The notes beneath the pieces are model-generated. The model was not told where the DNA came from and did not search any database. It saw only the letters and a program-made list of their open reading frames with translations. The position numbers and the translations under genes are program-made. Below, in pieces: positions 45,660 through 55,227 of a stretch of DNA of 64,000 nucleotides. The DNA comes from a virus (taxonomy: Duplodnaviria > Caudoviricetes). How positions within the stretch are numbered: the first letter of the stretch is position 1; the number at the start of each line of letters is the position of its first letter. Location of the stretch: IMG/VR virus record IMGVR_UViG_2936345690_000002, one strand, 5' to 3'.

Positions 45660-46898
45660 ATGAACGATATATCAACCAAAGTGGCCCCCATGGAAAACAG
45701 CATGGTCGCGGCATCACCACGAAACGTGCAGAGCCAGACAGCCGGAACGCAAGCCCTCATGCAGCGAACGCTTGCAGAGGTACAGGTAGCCGTCATGATG
45801 GCAAGGCAATTCCCACGCGATAAGATCGAGGCGCGCGAAAAGCTGGTGCTGGATTGCAGCCGCGAAGGGTTGGCCAGCGTGGCGACCTACTCTTACGCCC
45901 GCGGGGGAACTGAGATAACAGGACCTTCCATCCGCCTGGCGGAAGCGGCGAAGAACGCATGGGGCAACCTGCAATCGGGCTGGCGGGAACTTTCCCGCTC
46001 GAAAGGTGCTGACGGCGTCGGTCAAAGCGAGGTGGAAGCGTTCGCCTGGGATGCGGAAAACAATACCCGCGAGAGCGTTACGTTCATCGTCAGGCATTGG
46101 CGGGATACGAAGGGTGGCGGCTATCCACTAAAGGAAGAACGCGACATCAAGGAACTGCTCGCCAACCAAGCCAAGCGCGTAGAGCGCGGATGCATCCTCA
46201 ACAGCATCGACGGCGACATGATCGAAGCCGCCCTGGCCCAATGCAACGTCACGCTCACCACGAAGGTGACCGCCACGCCTGAACGCATCGCTTCCATGGT
46301 CGCCATGTTCAATGAACTGGGAGTCACGAAGGGTCAGATTGAGAAGCGGATTCAACGGCGCGTCGATGCCATCAACCCACCTCTGATCATCTCTCTGACG
46401 AAAATCTACAACAGCCTGAAGGACGGCATGAGCAAGGCTACCGATTGGTTCGAGCCGGAGGAATCGACCGAAGATGCGGCCAAGCCGGGTAGTCGTGCGG
46501 AAGCCATCAAGGAAAAGCTCAGGAAGGAAAAGCCAGCCGCGCAGGAAGGGAAGCCTGGTTACGACCCGGAAACCGGGGAAATCCCCGCTGAAGAGAAGCC
46601 CGAAACCCAGCAGGCCGGCACTCAGGCCGAAGTCAAGCCGAGCGTACCCTTCTCCGCCGCTCTGATCGGCATGAAACCGATGCCCGGGAACACCTCGCAG
46701 TTGGATCTGGACGGCTGGGCAGCCGCATGGGAGGCGATGTGCCTGGCGGCACCGGATGCGGACAAGCTGCAGCTCCTGCAGAAGAATAACGCCAAGCAGC
46801 TGGCTCAGCTGCAGTCGCTGCGGCCTGCCCAGCACCAGTGGTGCATGGAGGTTTATGCCTCCAGCCTGGAACGCCTAGGAGGAAAGCCGGCGGCGTGA
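45660..46898 (+). CDS. putative single-strand annealing protein
   Basis: follows the exonuclease; A.QFPRD, GPSIRLAE, AWD.E.N; RBS AAGGAG. Confidence 0.65.
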   Translation: MNDISTKVAPMENSMVAASPRNVQSQTAGTQALMQRTLAEVQVAVMMARQFPRDKIEAREKLVLDCSREGLASVATYSYARGGTEITGPSIRLAEAAKNAWGNLQSGWRELSRSKGADGVGQSEVEAFAWDAENNTRESVTFIVRHWRDTKGGGYPLKEERDIKELLANQAKRVERGCILNSIDGDMIEAALAQCNVTLTTKVTATPERIASMVAMFNELGVTKGQIEKRIQRRVDAINPPLIISLTKIYNSLKDGMSKATDWFEPEESTEDAAKPGSRAEAIKEKLRKEKPAAQEGKPGYDPETGEIPAEEKPETQQAGTQAEVKPSVPFSAALIGMKPMPGNTSQLDLDGWAAAWEAMCLAAPDADKLQLLQKNNAKQLAQLQSLRPAQHQWCMEVYASSLERLGGKPAA

Positions 46899-47091
46899 CG
46901 CAGGAGGAGAAAGACCGGAAGATGGGCGAGGTGGTGCGGCGCGCCATCTCCGCCTGCCTGGAGCATAACGCCTGCGGTGAATTGCTGCTGGGCCTTAACA
47001 CGGATGGGTATGGCGTTGTGGAGGTGAAAATCCACATCTGCCCGTCCCGCCAGGAATCAGTTAAACATTAGGATTGAAGTGGAAAGACAGT

Positions 47092-47712
47092 ATGGCACTA
47101 CCGGGACATAATAGTAATCGCGCCGGGGGCGTTGCTGGTGAAAGGTTACGAAGCCTGATCGAACGAATCGAACGACTGGAAGAGGAGAAGGCGAGCATAG
47201 CGGCGGATATCCGGGATATCTATGCCGAGGCAAAGGGTAACGGGTTCGATCCGAAGACCATGCGCCACATCATAAAACTGAGGAAAATGGAGCATGCCGA
47301 ACGGGAAGAGCATGAAGCCCTAATTGACATTTACAAGGCATCCCTCGGCATGCTGGATGGCACACCGCTCGGTGAGGCTGCTATCAAGCGATTGACCAAA
47401 GAAGCGATGGCGGAGGGCGAGAATCCTGGCGCCTTCCCTGATGCTTCAGAGCCGGAGCAAGCAGCGAACGCAGACCCACTTTCTGGTATCACGGTCCAGG
47501 AAGCCCGCGACATGGGACGCCAGGCGGCGCTGGAAGGCGAGCCCGTTACGAGCAACCCGTTCCCGGCCCGCGATCCGCGCCGATCGGCGTGGGATGAAGA
47601 GTGGTGCATGACCGCCGGGAGCGACGGCATGGAACTGCCGGAAGCGTGGCGACGCTCGCCGAAGAAAGGACATGGCGGTAGCGAAGGCGGCGCGACGGGA
47701 GAAGCCGCTTGA
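47092..47712 (+). CDS. gapR: GapR (DUF2312) nucleoid protein with a C-terminal Rmf/CrpP-like extension
   Basis: LRSLIERIERLEEEK..IAADIRDIYAEAKGNGFD; tail GRQAA..G...NPF....R.AW. Confidence 0.85.
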   Translation: MALPGHNSNRAGGVAGERLRSLIERIERLEEEKASIAADIRDIYAEAKGNGFDPKTMRHIIKLRKMEHAEREEHEALIDIYKASLGMLDGTPLGEAAIKRLTKEAMAEGENPGAFPDASEPEQAANADPLSGITVQEARDMGRQAALEGEPVTSNPFPARDPRRSAWDEEWCMTAGSDGMELPEAWRRSPKKGHGGSEGGATGEAA

Positions 47713-48617
47713 GCGGGCTTCAGGGCTTCCGGCCAGTGCGGGATATCACCGACTTCGCCGAGGTGCTCAAGCCGGAGGAGGCGGAGCCGCCGATCCTCTC
47801 TCCGGCAATCCGGCTGGCCGTGCGGCAATGGCTGGTCGAGCTGGCGGCGGAGGAGGAATTGGCTTCCTATGGCCTCAAGCCACGCCGCACGGCGATGCTC
47901 TCCGGGCCGCCCGGCTGCGGCAAGACGACGCTCGCCCACCATTTCTCGGCGAGGCTCGGCCTGCCACTGATTCTGGTCAACATGGCCTCCCTGATCACCA
48001 GCTTTCTCGGGGGGACCGGCCAGAACGTGAACAAGCTGTTCGACGCGGTGCGGGCGCAGAGTCAGGAGTGCATCCTGTTCCTGGATGAATTCGACTCGGT
48101 TGCGTCCAAAAGGGTCAGCGGAGCCCGGAACGCCGACAATGAGCGGAACAGCATCGTCATCTCGCTCCTGCAGAAGATCGATACCTTTCCGGGAATCATG
48201 ATCGCCGCGACGAACCGGAGCGACGATATCGACCCCGCCATCTGGCGCCGATTCGGCATGCAGCTCGAAATCCTGGAGCCGGATGCTGACGCTCGGTTTG
48301 CGATCCTGACCCGATACCTGGCGCCTATGACCTTGCCAGAAGAGTCGATGGAACTGCTCACGGAAGTGACTGCCGGGGCATCGCCCGCCGTGCTGCGGCA
48401 GCTCATGGAGGGGCTGAAGCGGGATGTAATCCTTGCACCCCGTTATGGCCAGCCGGTAGAAGCGAAAGCGGTATTATCCCGCCTGGTCGCATCGGTAAGG
48501 CCCCACGCGGAAGCCGTGATGCCGCCGCTGTGGACGGAGACTTGGGCGATGGAATCGATCGCCAAGATGCCGTGGCCGCCGGTCGATGGACGAGAGGATT
48601 CGCCAGAAGCGAGCTGA
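47709..48617 (+). CDS. classic AAA ATPase
   Basis: GPPGCGKT, LFLDEFD, ATNR..DIDPAIWRRF. Confidence 0.9.
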   Translation: MSGLQGFRPVRDITDFAEVLKPEEAEPPILSPAIRLAVRQWLVELAAEEELASYGLKPRRTAMLSGPPGCGKTTLAHHFSARLGLPLILVNMASLITSFLGGTGQNVNKLFDAVRAQSQECILFLDEFDSVASKRVSGARNADNERNSIVISLLQKIDTFPGIMIAATNRSDDIDPAIWRRFGMQLEILEPDADARFAILTRYLAPMTLPEESMELLTEVTAGASPAVLRQLMEGLKRDVILAPRYGQPVEAKAVLSRLVASVRPHAEAVMPPLWTETWAMESIAKMPWPPVDGREDSPEAS

Positions 48618-48673
48618 CGATGGATGTCGCGTGAGCGGGTGCTTTGCGGCCTGATCGGTCAGGACGGCATCCG

Positions 48674-49117
48674 CTACGCGGCCGTTTCCCAGCCTGGCAC
48701 CAGCCGCTCAGCCTGGGCCTTGATCAGCCGGTATTGCCTGGCATCGATGACGACCAGCCGCACCGCCGGGTGGTACTTGGCCATCCGCTTGATCTTGGTG
48801 GCGCTCCGGGCGTCCATCCAGCCCTTCACCTCGTGGTAGGCTTCTTCGCCGTTCCGCTCGATCACCAGAAAGTCAGGCAGGTAGCTCACGCAGCCGCGTT
48901 TGATGCCTGGGAACCAGAACGTGCAGGGCTCGTGCTTCCAGTCCCGGATCTCGCCTAGCGACTTCAGCCATTCCAGGTACCGGGCATAGTTGCTCTCCCA
49001 CGCACTGCGGTAGTAATTCCGCTTTCCGCCGATTTCGCGCCACCCGGCCTTCCAGCGGGTTTGCGGCTGGCTGCCGTCGATTACACTCTGCTTATTCACC
49101 ATCCCTGCCTTCCACAT
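48674..49117 (-). CDS. PD-(D/E)XK nuclease (DUF1064-like)
   Basis: RS.WE..YA, YLPDF, EVKGW. Confidence 0.8.
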   Translation of the reverse strand: MWKAGMVNKQSVIDGSQPQTRWKAGWREIGGKRNYYRSAWESNYARYLEWLKSLGEIRDWKHEPCTFWFPGIKRGCVSYLPDFLVIERNGEEAYHEVKGWMDARSATKIKRMAKYHPAVRLVVIDARQYRLIKAQAERLVPGWETAA

Positions 49118-49502
49118 TGCCTACTGATCCATCCCTCGCTCTACTGGCCGCTCCCTTTGCATGAATGGTGGCGCGGCGGGAAACTCGGCTTACCGCTGAG
49201 CATGCCGCGCCGTATTTCATCCGTCGGTCTTCGGTTGGTGACGATTCGCCGCTCGTGCCGCGGCGGCGATATTCGGCTCCTTCCGGTACGACCGCTTGAC
49301 CAGCGCCTTCTCGGCATCGGTGAGGCACGGCCCGCTCATTACTTAACCCCCGGTTCGTCGTACCAGATGTCGAGGACTTCTTGCGGCGCCGCGCTATAAC
49401 CGGGTTCTATCAAAAGCACGCGAGTAGTTGGGCCGGTCTTGGCTTCGATCTCCCGCCGCAACCGCTTCTTCTCTTGCTTCGTCATAGGCCCGCGCGACCG
49501 AT

Positions 49503-49895
49503 TCACGCGGCGGGCTTCCAGCGTTCGCTGTAGAGCAGCGGCGGGATGTCCTGCTTGGCCGCCTCGGCGTTCGCCATCTGCATGATGTCGTCCAGGTGCC
49601 GCACCCTCCCCTGGTACCGCATGGTGTCGCGGTCGAAATCGCGGAGCATCGATTCGGCGAAGACCAGCGGGTTTACCCGCATCGCGGTAGGCTTCCCTTC
49701 GACGGGAGACTGCTTCCCACGGTCCGGCTTGTAGGGCTTCGGATCGGTCAGCCCGGCAGACGCCAGGATGGCGGAAACGGTCGCCTCCGAACGGCGGAAG
49801 GTATCGGCGATCTGCTTGCCGGTCAGCCGCATGTATTGCCGCTTGAACGCGATGATCCGCGCTCGTTCCGCATCGTCGCAGGGAAGCCCGTTCAT
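49503..49895 (-). CDS. HTH-containing protein
   Basis: TGKQIADTFRRSEATVSAIL. Confidence 0.6.
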   Translation of the reverse strand: MNGLPCDDAERARIIAFKRQYMRLTGKQIADTFRRSEATVSAILASAGLTDPKPYKPDRGKQSPVEGKPTAMRVNPLVFAESMLRDFDRDTMRYQGRVRHLDDIMQMANAEAAKQDIPPLLYSERWKPAA

Positions 49896-50080
49896 AAGGC
49901 GACGGACGGTACAGCGGCTTCGCTGCCATTTACACGCTGAGCACGCGAGCGGTTCACGATTTCTCGCCGCAGCTGCGCTTCGGCTTCCAGACGCTCTGCA
50001 TCCGGCAAAGCACGGATACGGTCGGCTACTTCGGGAGGAGCTTCAGAAACGGGCCAGTGGTCGTTGGTGGGCTGGGACAT
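49892..50080 (-). CDS. hypothetical protein
   Basis: ATGA coupling; RBS GAGG. Confidence 0.45.
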   Translation of the reverse strand: MSQPTNDHWPVSEAPPEVADRIRALPDAERLEAEAQLRREIVNRSRAQRVNGSEAAVPSVAL

Positions 50081-50155
50081 GCGGGGCCTCGAATGGCGGG
50101 TTTGATCGACATTAAGGCGGCATGCGGAATTGTCAAGCGGGATATAAGGGGAGCG

Positions 50156-50590
50156 TCAAGGCTCCTGTTTTGGACGCTTCTTCTGTCTAGCGATCTTGCT
50201 CTCCATGTGGGCTATCCTGCCGTGCCATCCGAATGCTCTTGCTGATAATTCGCGGTTGTTTCCAACACCGGTCATGTTATACATGTGAGCCTTGAGGGCG
50301 AACGCTTTAATGACGCGACTTTCAAACTCCGTCGCGCATTCCGCAGGAACGACAAGCAAGGGCTTGAACTCAAAAGATGCCAGTCCAAAGAGCCAGAAAT
50401 CAACCTGAATCAAGCTGTTAGGGTGGCCATTCAACATTAACGACTGAAAGTGACCGATGATCCGCTTGTCGAGATCTTTGGCCTTTCCGATATACACTCG
50501 CTTCGACTTACGACACGTCATTTTGTAGATCGTGATCGAGTTGGCTGGCGGCCTATGTCGCACATCCGGGCTGACGTTATTTCGCCCCAC
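50156..50590 (-). CDS. GIY-YIG endonuclease
   Basis: TIYK..C....VYIG.A..L..R...H; YN; low GC. Confidence 0.75.
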   Translation of the reverse strand: MGRNNVSPDVRHRPPANSITIYKMTCRKSKRVYIGKAKDLDKRIIGHFQSLMLNGHPNSLIQVDFWLFGLASFEFKPLLVVPAECATEFESRVIKAFALKAHMYNMTGVGNNRELSARAFGWHGRIAHMESKIARQKKRPKQEP

Positions 50591-50744
50591 ACTTCTTCTC
50601 CGATTGTTCCTTGGCCTTCCTTACCAGCTGTGATAACAACTTGCTGGCCGAGCGATCTTGCCGAGCCGCCTCCTCATCTAGCCATTGCATTAGCTCTACC
50701 GGCAGATAGAACCCTCTGACTTTTCCTTGCTTTTCTACCTTCAT
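50577..50744 (-). CDS. ribbon-helix-helix regulator 2
   Basis: hand-translated MKVEKQGKVRGFYLPVELMQWLDEEAARQDRSASKLLSQLV; 55 aa. Confidence 0.75.
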   Translation of the reverse strand: MKVEKQGKVRGFYLPVELMQWLDEEAARQDRSASKLLSQLVRKAKEQSEKKCGAK

Positions 50745-50765
50745 TCTTTCATCTCCTGAAAGCTG

Positions 50766-50806
50766 TTGACATTTGCTATCATATGCAGTAATTCTTATAT
50801 CGTCAA
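50766..50806. promoter_or_regulatory. overlapping divergent promoters
   Basis: plus TTGACA-17-TAATTC; minus TTGACG-17-TATGAT. Confidence 0.7.
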
Positions 50807-50858
50807 GCCGATAGAAGCGGCTTCGCAGTTACTACCAACCAACAAAAGGAATACTACA

Positions 50859-51278
50859 ATGGCACTTCGCATAATCAAACTGGCGCGCGGCTCTTCGGCC
50901 AACCCCAACCCCACCATCACCGTGACGCAAGGCGGCGATCTTCGCATCAACAAGGCCGCGCAGGACGAACTCGGTTTGGCAGCCGGCCAGCACCTTCAGT
51001 TCCTGGATGACCCCGAACGCGCCAACACGCTCTTCCTCAAGCAGGCCGACGCAGGAGAGCAAGATACGCGTGTACTGAAAGGCGATAAGGACGGCAAAGG
51101 CACTTCCCTGACGGTTTCCGCGACCTCGGCCACCAGAAGCCTGAAGATTAAGCCCGGCCGCTATTCCATCCAGCTGGACGAAGAAACTGGTCTTCCGGCG
51201 TTCGAGTTCGTGCAGGCCGAAGTGGCGAACGAGAACGAGCGCGTGTCCAAACCTCGCGCCGCCAAGAAGGCCAGCTAA
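50859..51278 (+). CDS. hypothetical protein (AbrB-like fold possible)
   Basis: RBS AAGGA; ITVTQGGDLRINKAAQDELGL..G. Confidence 0.7.
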   Translation: MALRIIKLARGSSANPNPTITVTQGGDLRINKAAQDELGLAAGQHLQFLDDPERANTLFLKQADAGEQDTRVLKGDKDGKGTSLTVSATSATRSLKIKPGRYSIQLDEETGLPAFEFVQAEVANENERVSKPRAAKKAS

Positions 51279-51488
51279 CCGGAGCACGGCGGGTTCGGTC
51301 GGTGATCGACCCGCCCCACACCGAGGAAAGGAATCCACCATGGCCATCATCCCAATTCAACAGCCAGAATCCCGCGAAGAGAAGCGCGCCCGGCTGGAAC
51401 TCTTCTGCCAGGAGGTGCTGGCACCGCTGGTGAAGCCCGGGATCGACCGCACCAGCGACAGCCTGGTGCAGCACCACGGGAGGCGGCC

Positions 51489-51737
51489 ATGAGGCTCAAT
51501 GAGGCCATGGAGCGGCTGAAGAAGCACGTAGCGCAGGACGAGTTGCTGTACAGCCACGAGAAAACGCTGATCTGCCAGGTGATCGATAATTTCCAGGCGG
51601 AGGAAGAACGGAAAATCCATGAAACGTACGAGGCCAAAAAGCTGCTGCTTCGAAAGAACGACAAGCAGGCCGCCGTGCGGAAGTTATTTCGAGCGAAACC
51701 ATTAAACCTGAAGGAATTGGGCGATGACAAAGAGTAA
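51489..51737 (+). CDS. hypothetical protein
   Basis: RBS GGAGG. Confidence 0.55.
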   Translation: MRLNEAMERLKKHVAQDELLYSHEKTLICQVIDNFQAEEERKIHETYEAKKLLLRKNDKQAAVRKLFRAKPLNLKELGDDKE

Positions 51738-52527
51738 GAAACCCCAGCCGAAGCGTCGCCCGGCGACCAAAGGCTGCCACATGGACGGTGACAAACCGTT
51801 CTGGTCGGCTCTGATCCTCTCCGTCGTCGCCGCCTGCGGCATCGCGTACAGCGTCCAGAGCCAGCCCATCGATGCGGCTCGGTCGGCAAGCTGGGTGATT
51901 ACCGCCGAGGACAAGGCCACGCTGGAACGGGCGAACCGTTCCGCTGCGGTGGAAGCGCAAGAGCTGGTGAGCAAGCCGGTCATCCTTCAGGCGCCGAAAA
52001 AGCCGGAAGCTCCGAAGGAGGCGAAGAAGCAGGTGGCGAAGCTGGACGCGAAACAGGCGGCGAAGGAGGAAGCCAGGCAGAAGCGTGAGGCGGAGAAGCG
52101 AGTGCTTTATGACCTCGCCTACCGCGCCTCGATCCAGGAAGGCGTTGACCCCTACCTCTACATCGGCCTGCTGAAGTCGGAGAACTCGTTCAAGACCAGC
52201 ATGGACGTGAGCAGCGCAGGGGCTATCGGCCCGGCCCAGCTCCTGGCGAGCACGGCGGCGGAGATGGGGCTGAACCCCTGGAACCTGGAGCAGAACGTCA
52301 CCGGCGGCGCGCGGTATCTCAAGCGGAAGCTCGACTCGCTGGGGCAGGAAGCGCTCGCCATCGCCAGCTACAACATGGGCGAGGGGGCGCTGAAAGGCTG
52401 GATGAGGAAAGGCGGTCACCCGGAGCGGCTTCCGGCTGAGACGAAAACCTATGTGATGAAAGTCCAGATGAACGCTGCCTACGAGCGGCATCAGGGCACG
52501 CTGAAACAATACGCGGCGATGGAGTAA
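51724..52527 (+). CDS. membrane-anchored lytic transglycosylase (SLT)
   Basis: N-terminal TM; KSENSF catalytic Glu, SSAGAIGPAQL, ASYNMGEG, ETKTYV. Confidence 0.88.
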   Translation: MTKSKKPQPKRRPATKGCHMDGDKPFWSALILSVVAACGIAYSVQSQPIDAARSASWVITAEDKATLERANRSAAVEAQELVSKPVILQAPKKPEAPKEAKKQVAKLDAKQAAKEEARQKREAEKRVLYDLAYRASIQEGVDPYLYIGLLKSENSFKTSMDVSSAGAIGPAQLLASTAAEMGLNPWNLEQNVTGGARYLKRKLDSLGQEALAIASYNMGEGALKGWMRKGGHPERLPAETKTYVMKVQMNAAYERHQGTLKQYAAME

Positions 52528-52532
52528 GGAGG

Positions 52533-52946
52533 ATGACTCAGGAGGCAATCGTAGACGAAATGCACCGTGCCAGCCGGTCGGTGCTGCCGGCAACCGGCGG
52601 GCAGGAAACGGTGGTGCCGCAGGACTTCGCGGCCTGGCTGAACGGCAAGCTCACGGAATGGTGCCGGGCACGCGGCTACTCGCCGGTGCACCAGGGCGAC
52701 CTGTTCAAGATCGTGGATGAGGCGAAGAGATTTGCCACCTCGGCTGTGATTGCAGATAGACCGCAGACCTGGGAATGCTTCTGCGACATCGCCTATTACG
52801 ATCAGTGGGCCGTGCGTCCGGTGGGGGAGAACCGCTGGGGGTATTGCTTCCACGTGCCTAGCCGGAAGGAAGCGGAGGCGCTGCGGGATTTGCTCCAGGG
52901 CACCGCGTCACCCTTTTCGGCTATCGACGCCCAGGAGGGCGCATGA
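52533..52946 (+). CDS. hypothetical protein
   Basis: RBS AGGAGG. Confidence 0.6.
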   Translation: MTQEAIVDEMHRASRSVLPATGGQETVVPQDFAAWLNGKLTEWCRARGYSPVHQGDLFKIVDEAKRFATSAVIADRPQTWECFCDIAYYDQWAVRPVGENRWGYCFHVPSRKEAEALRDLLQGTASPFSAIDAQEGA

Positions 52947-53386
52947 CCGAACTGGAACGCGCCATGGCCGCGATGGAAGCAGCCATGGAGAAACACGACT
53001 ACCACCACGCCGATGACATCGCATTGCGAATCGCCAAACTGAAGAAGGAGCAGACCATGAAAGTAGAAGACATTTCCCCCGCCTCGCAGACGCTCTGTGC
53101 CGTGGTTTCTCTGCGGCAGCTCCAGGCAGCATGCATCGCCATCACGGATCTAGACCCTGGCCTGATCGACCAGGTGGCCATCAGCGGCGAGCGTGGGCCA
53201 GTCGATCCGCTGACTTTTCTCTCAAAGCTGGGAAGAGACGTATTTTGCGCCGTCGACCGCCTGGAGCGGTACCGCGCTGAGCAGCAGCGGCAGATGGAAT
53301 GCCGTGGCACCGTTGAGGTGAAGCCTTCCCTGAGCGATGCGCAGGCATGGCCTGACCCTGCGGTATGGCCGGAGCCAGCCGCATGA
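52943..53386 (+). CDS. hypothetical protein
   Basis: ATGA coupling; possible internal start near 53057. Confidence 0.5.
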   Translation: MTELERAMAAMEAAMEKHDYHHADDIALRIAKLKKEQTMKVEDISPASQTLCAVVSLRQLQAACIAITDLDPGLIDQVAISGERGPVDPLTFLSKLGRDVFCAVDRLERYRAEQQRQMECRGTVEVKPSLSDAQAWPDPAVWPEPAA

Positions 53387-53955
53387 CGCAGGAGTACCCC
53401 TTGCAATGGCCGACGAGCTGGCCGCGTACGCCACGCCCAGCCAAGAGCCAGTTCAAAACAAGTCTTTCCGCAGCGATCGACAACGTGCTCGGTTCGCTCC
53501 GCCTGTTTGGCGCTGACAGCGGGCGCAAGGTTGAAAAGGTCGTGGTGTCGAGCAACGTGTCCCTGATGGACCGGAACCCGAAGGATTCGGGCGTTGCGGT
53601 CTATTTCACCTGGGACGGCATCGCCACCTGCATTGCCGTCGATCGCTACCTCAAGCTCGAGGAAAACCTGCAGGCGATCCATCACGTCATCGAAGCGGAA
53701 CGGACGAAACTCCGGCACGGTGGCCTGAACCTGGTGCGTGCCTCCTTCCGCGGCTATGCCGCCTTGCCTTCGCCGTTGGCTTTCCCAGACTCGCCGTGGG
53801 AAGTGCTGGGCATCCAGCCGGGCGTATCGCGCGAGGAAATCGAGCGGGCGTTCCGTGAAAAGGCGAAATCGGCTCATCCTGACGCCGGAGGCGATCCTGA
53901 CGCGATGGCACGCCTCAACGATGCCAGGGCGGCGGCTTTGCGGGGTGCTGCGTGA
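53383..53955 (+). CDS. C-terminal J-domain protein
   Basis: YPLQWP..WPRT N-domain; WEVLG...KSAHPDAGG. Confidence 0.88.
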   Translation: MTQEYPLQWPTSWPRTPRPAKSQFKTSLSAAIDNVLGSLRLFGADSGRKVEKVVVSSNVSLMDRNPKDSGVAVYFTWDGIATCIAVDRYLKLEENLQAIHHVIEAERTKLRHGGLNLVRASFRGYAALPSPLAFPDSPWEVLGIQPGVSREEIERAFREKAKSAHPDAGGDPDAMARLNDARAAALRGAA

Positions 53956-54137
53956 CCGGGAATGGGCAGATTTCCGAGCTGGAGGCGGCGCACAACGCCA
54001 TCCGCGACCTGTCGGAGCGGCTACGGCTTGCCCGGGAAGGGCTGATGCTCTGGCGACACGGCTACCCGATGGGGGAAGCCGGCCGGAAGGCGCTCGACGC
54101 CACTGATTTAACCAAGCCACTCAAGGAGGAGCCATGA
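53952..54137 (+). CDS. hypothetical protein
   Basis: GTGA coupling. Confidence 0.45.
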   Translation: MTGNGQISELEAAHNAIRDLSERLRLAREGLMLWRHGYPMGEAGRKALDATDLTKPLKEEP

Positions 54138-54201
54138 CCTATTTCCGCTTTGCCTGCGCCCTGTCCTTCGCCTGCTGGATTTTGCTGTTCGGGTATCCGT
54201 C

Positions 54202-54534
54202 ATGAGTGAGTTAGCGGATATTGCGCTGGCCTTTGCCAAGGAGGTGATGGGCTGGGAGAACTGCCGAGAGGCTACGCTGTATCAGGACGCCGTATGCGGG
54301 CACAACCCGGCCTGCAATGAGGGGCAGATTTTCTCTTATGGAAAGCTCGATTCAGTAATGGCTGCGGTGCGGGAGTGGTGCGACGATGCCGAGCAAGGGC
54401 TTACCATCGCCTACTATGCGGGGTTGCCGAACGCTCCGTGGCGGGTGGTGATTCCTTGGGAAGCAGAGGTAATGCACGATAACCTCTGCCAAGCCCTCAT
54501 GGCCGCCTGTCTGGAAGCGAAGCGGAAGCTATGA
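54202..54534 (+). CDS. hypothetical protein (phage ABA-sandwich-like)
   Basis: A.EVMGW ... L..ALMAACLEA. Confidence 0.55.
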   Translation: MSELADIALAFAKEVMGWENCREATLYQDAVCGHNPACNEGQIFSYGKLDSVMAAVREWCDDAEQGLTIAYYAGLPNAPWRVVIPWEAEVMHDNLCQALMAACLEAKRKL

Positions 54535-54679
54535 ACTGGGCGGAGCAAATCGCCAAAGGCAGGGAAACGCCGCACCATCTGGCCTACTGGCTGCCGGGGG
54601 CGACGTTCCTCTCCGCGTGGATTGCCGCGCTGGTTTGGGCGCTTCAGGACAAAGAACCGCCGGGGCGGGAGCGGTAGCC

Positions 54680-55099
54680 ATGCAGCACAAAGCACGAAGG
54701 CGAAAGCGATTCTTCAGCAACCAGAAAGGCCGGTGCGGCTACTGCGAGGATGGGATGCGGTTTCCGGAGAGTGGCAAACCTCATCCGCTCGATGCGACGT
54801 TCGACCACCTGATTCCCCGTGCCCGGTGGCAAGGGGATAAAGGCAGCCGTTCACGCAACAGCAACCTGGTGCTCTGCTGTCGCGATTGCAACGAAGCGAA
54901 GGCCAACATGACTCCGCGTGAGTTCCTTCGGGCGATCTGGCTGCTGGGCCAGCTGCCTGATTTTGAGATGATGATGCTCCCCTCGCCGCCCGACGGCATC
55001 CCGATATGCCTGCCTGGCCAGCCGACTGCCTGGCTGGATGGCGCGGCGGAAATGCCGCCCCAAGAGGTCATGGCCAGCGTTTCTTCCACCGTGGCATAA
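54680..55099 (+). CDS. HNH endonuclease
   Basis: CGYC, ATFDHLIP, NLVLCCRDCNEAK. Confidence 0.85.
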   Translation: MQHKARRRKRFFSNQKGRCGYCEDGMRFPESGKPHPLDATFDHLIPRARWQGDKGSRSRNSNLVLCCRDCNEAKANMTPREFLRAIWLLGQLPDFEMMMLPSPPDGIPICLPGQPTAWLDGAAEMPPQEVMASVSSTVA

Positions 55100-55104
55100 A
55101 GACA

Positions 55105-55160
55105 GGCGGCTCGGGGGATTCCGCCGTAACATTTCGCCGTATGCGTAGGGTGTATAAGGA
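55105..55160 (+). other. candidate MOBF oriT / nic site
   Basis: TGCGTAGGGTGT^ATAAG at 55142-55158, against F TGCGTGGGGTGT^GGTG and R388 TGCGTATTGTCT^ATAG (recalled); about 70 bp upstream of the relaxase. Confidence 0.65.
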
Positions 55161-55227
55161 AGCCAATTCTTGCTCCAAACCGGCTCGGCGCTATGATGCG
55201 GGTGACGCTCAACCGTGAGGCTGCCCC

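Noticed and set aside
47709-48617. AAA ATPase / S8 protease toxin-antitoxin pair
   Set aside because: No adjacent protease gene.
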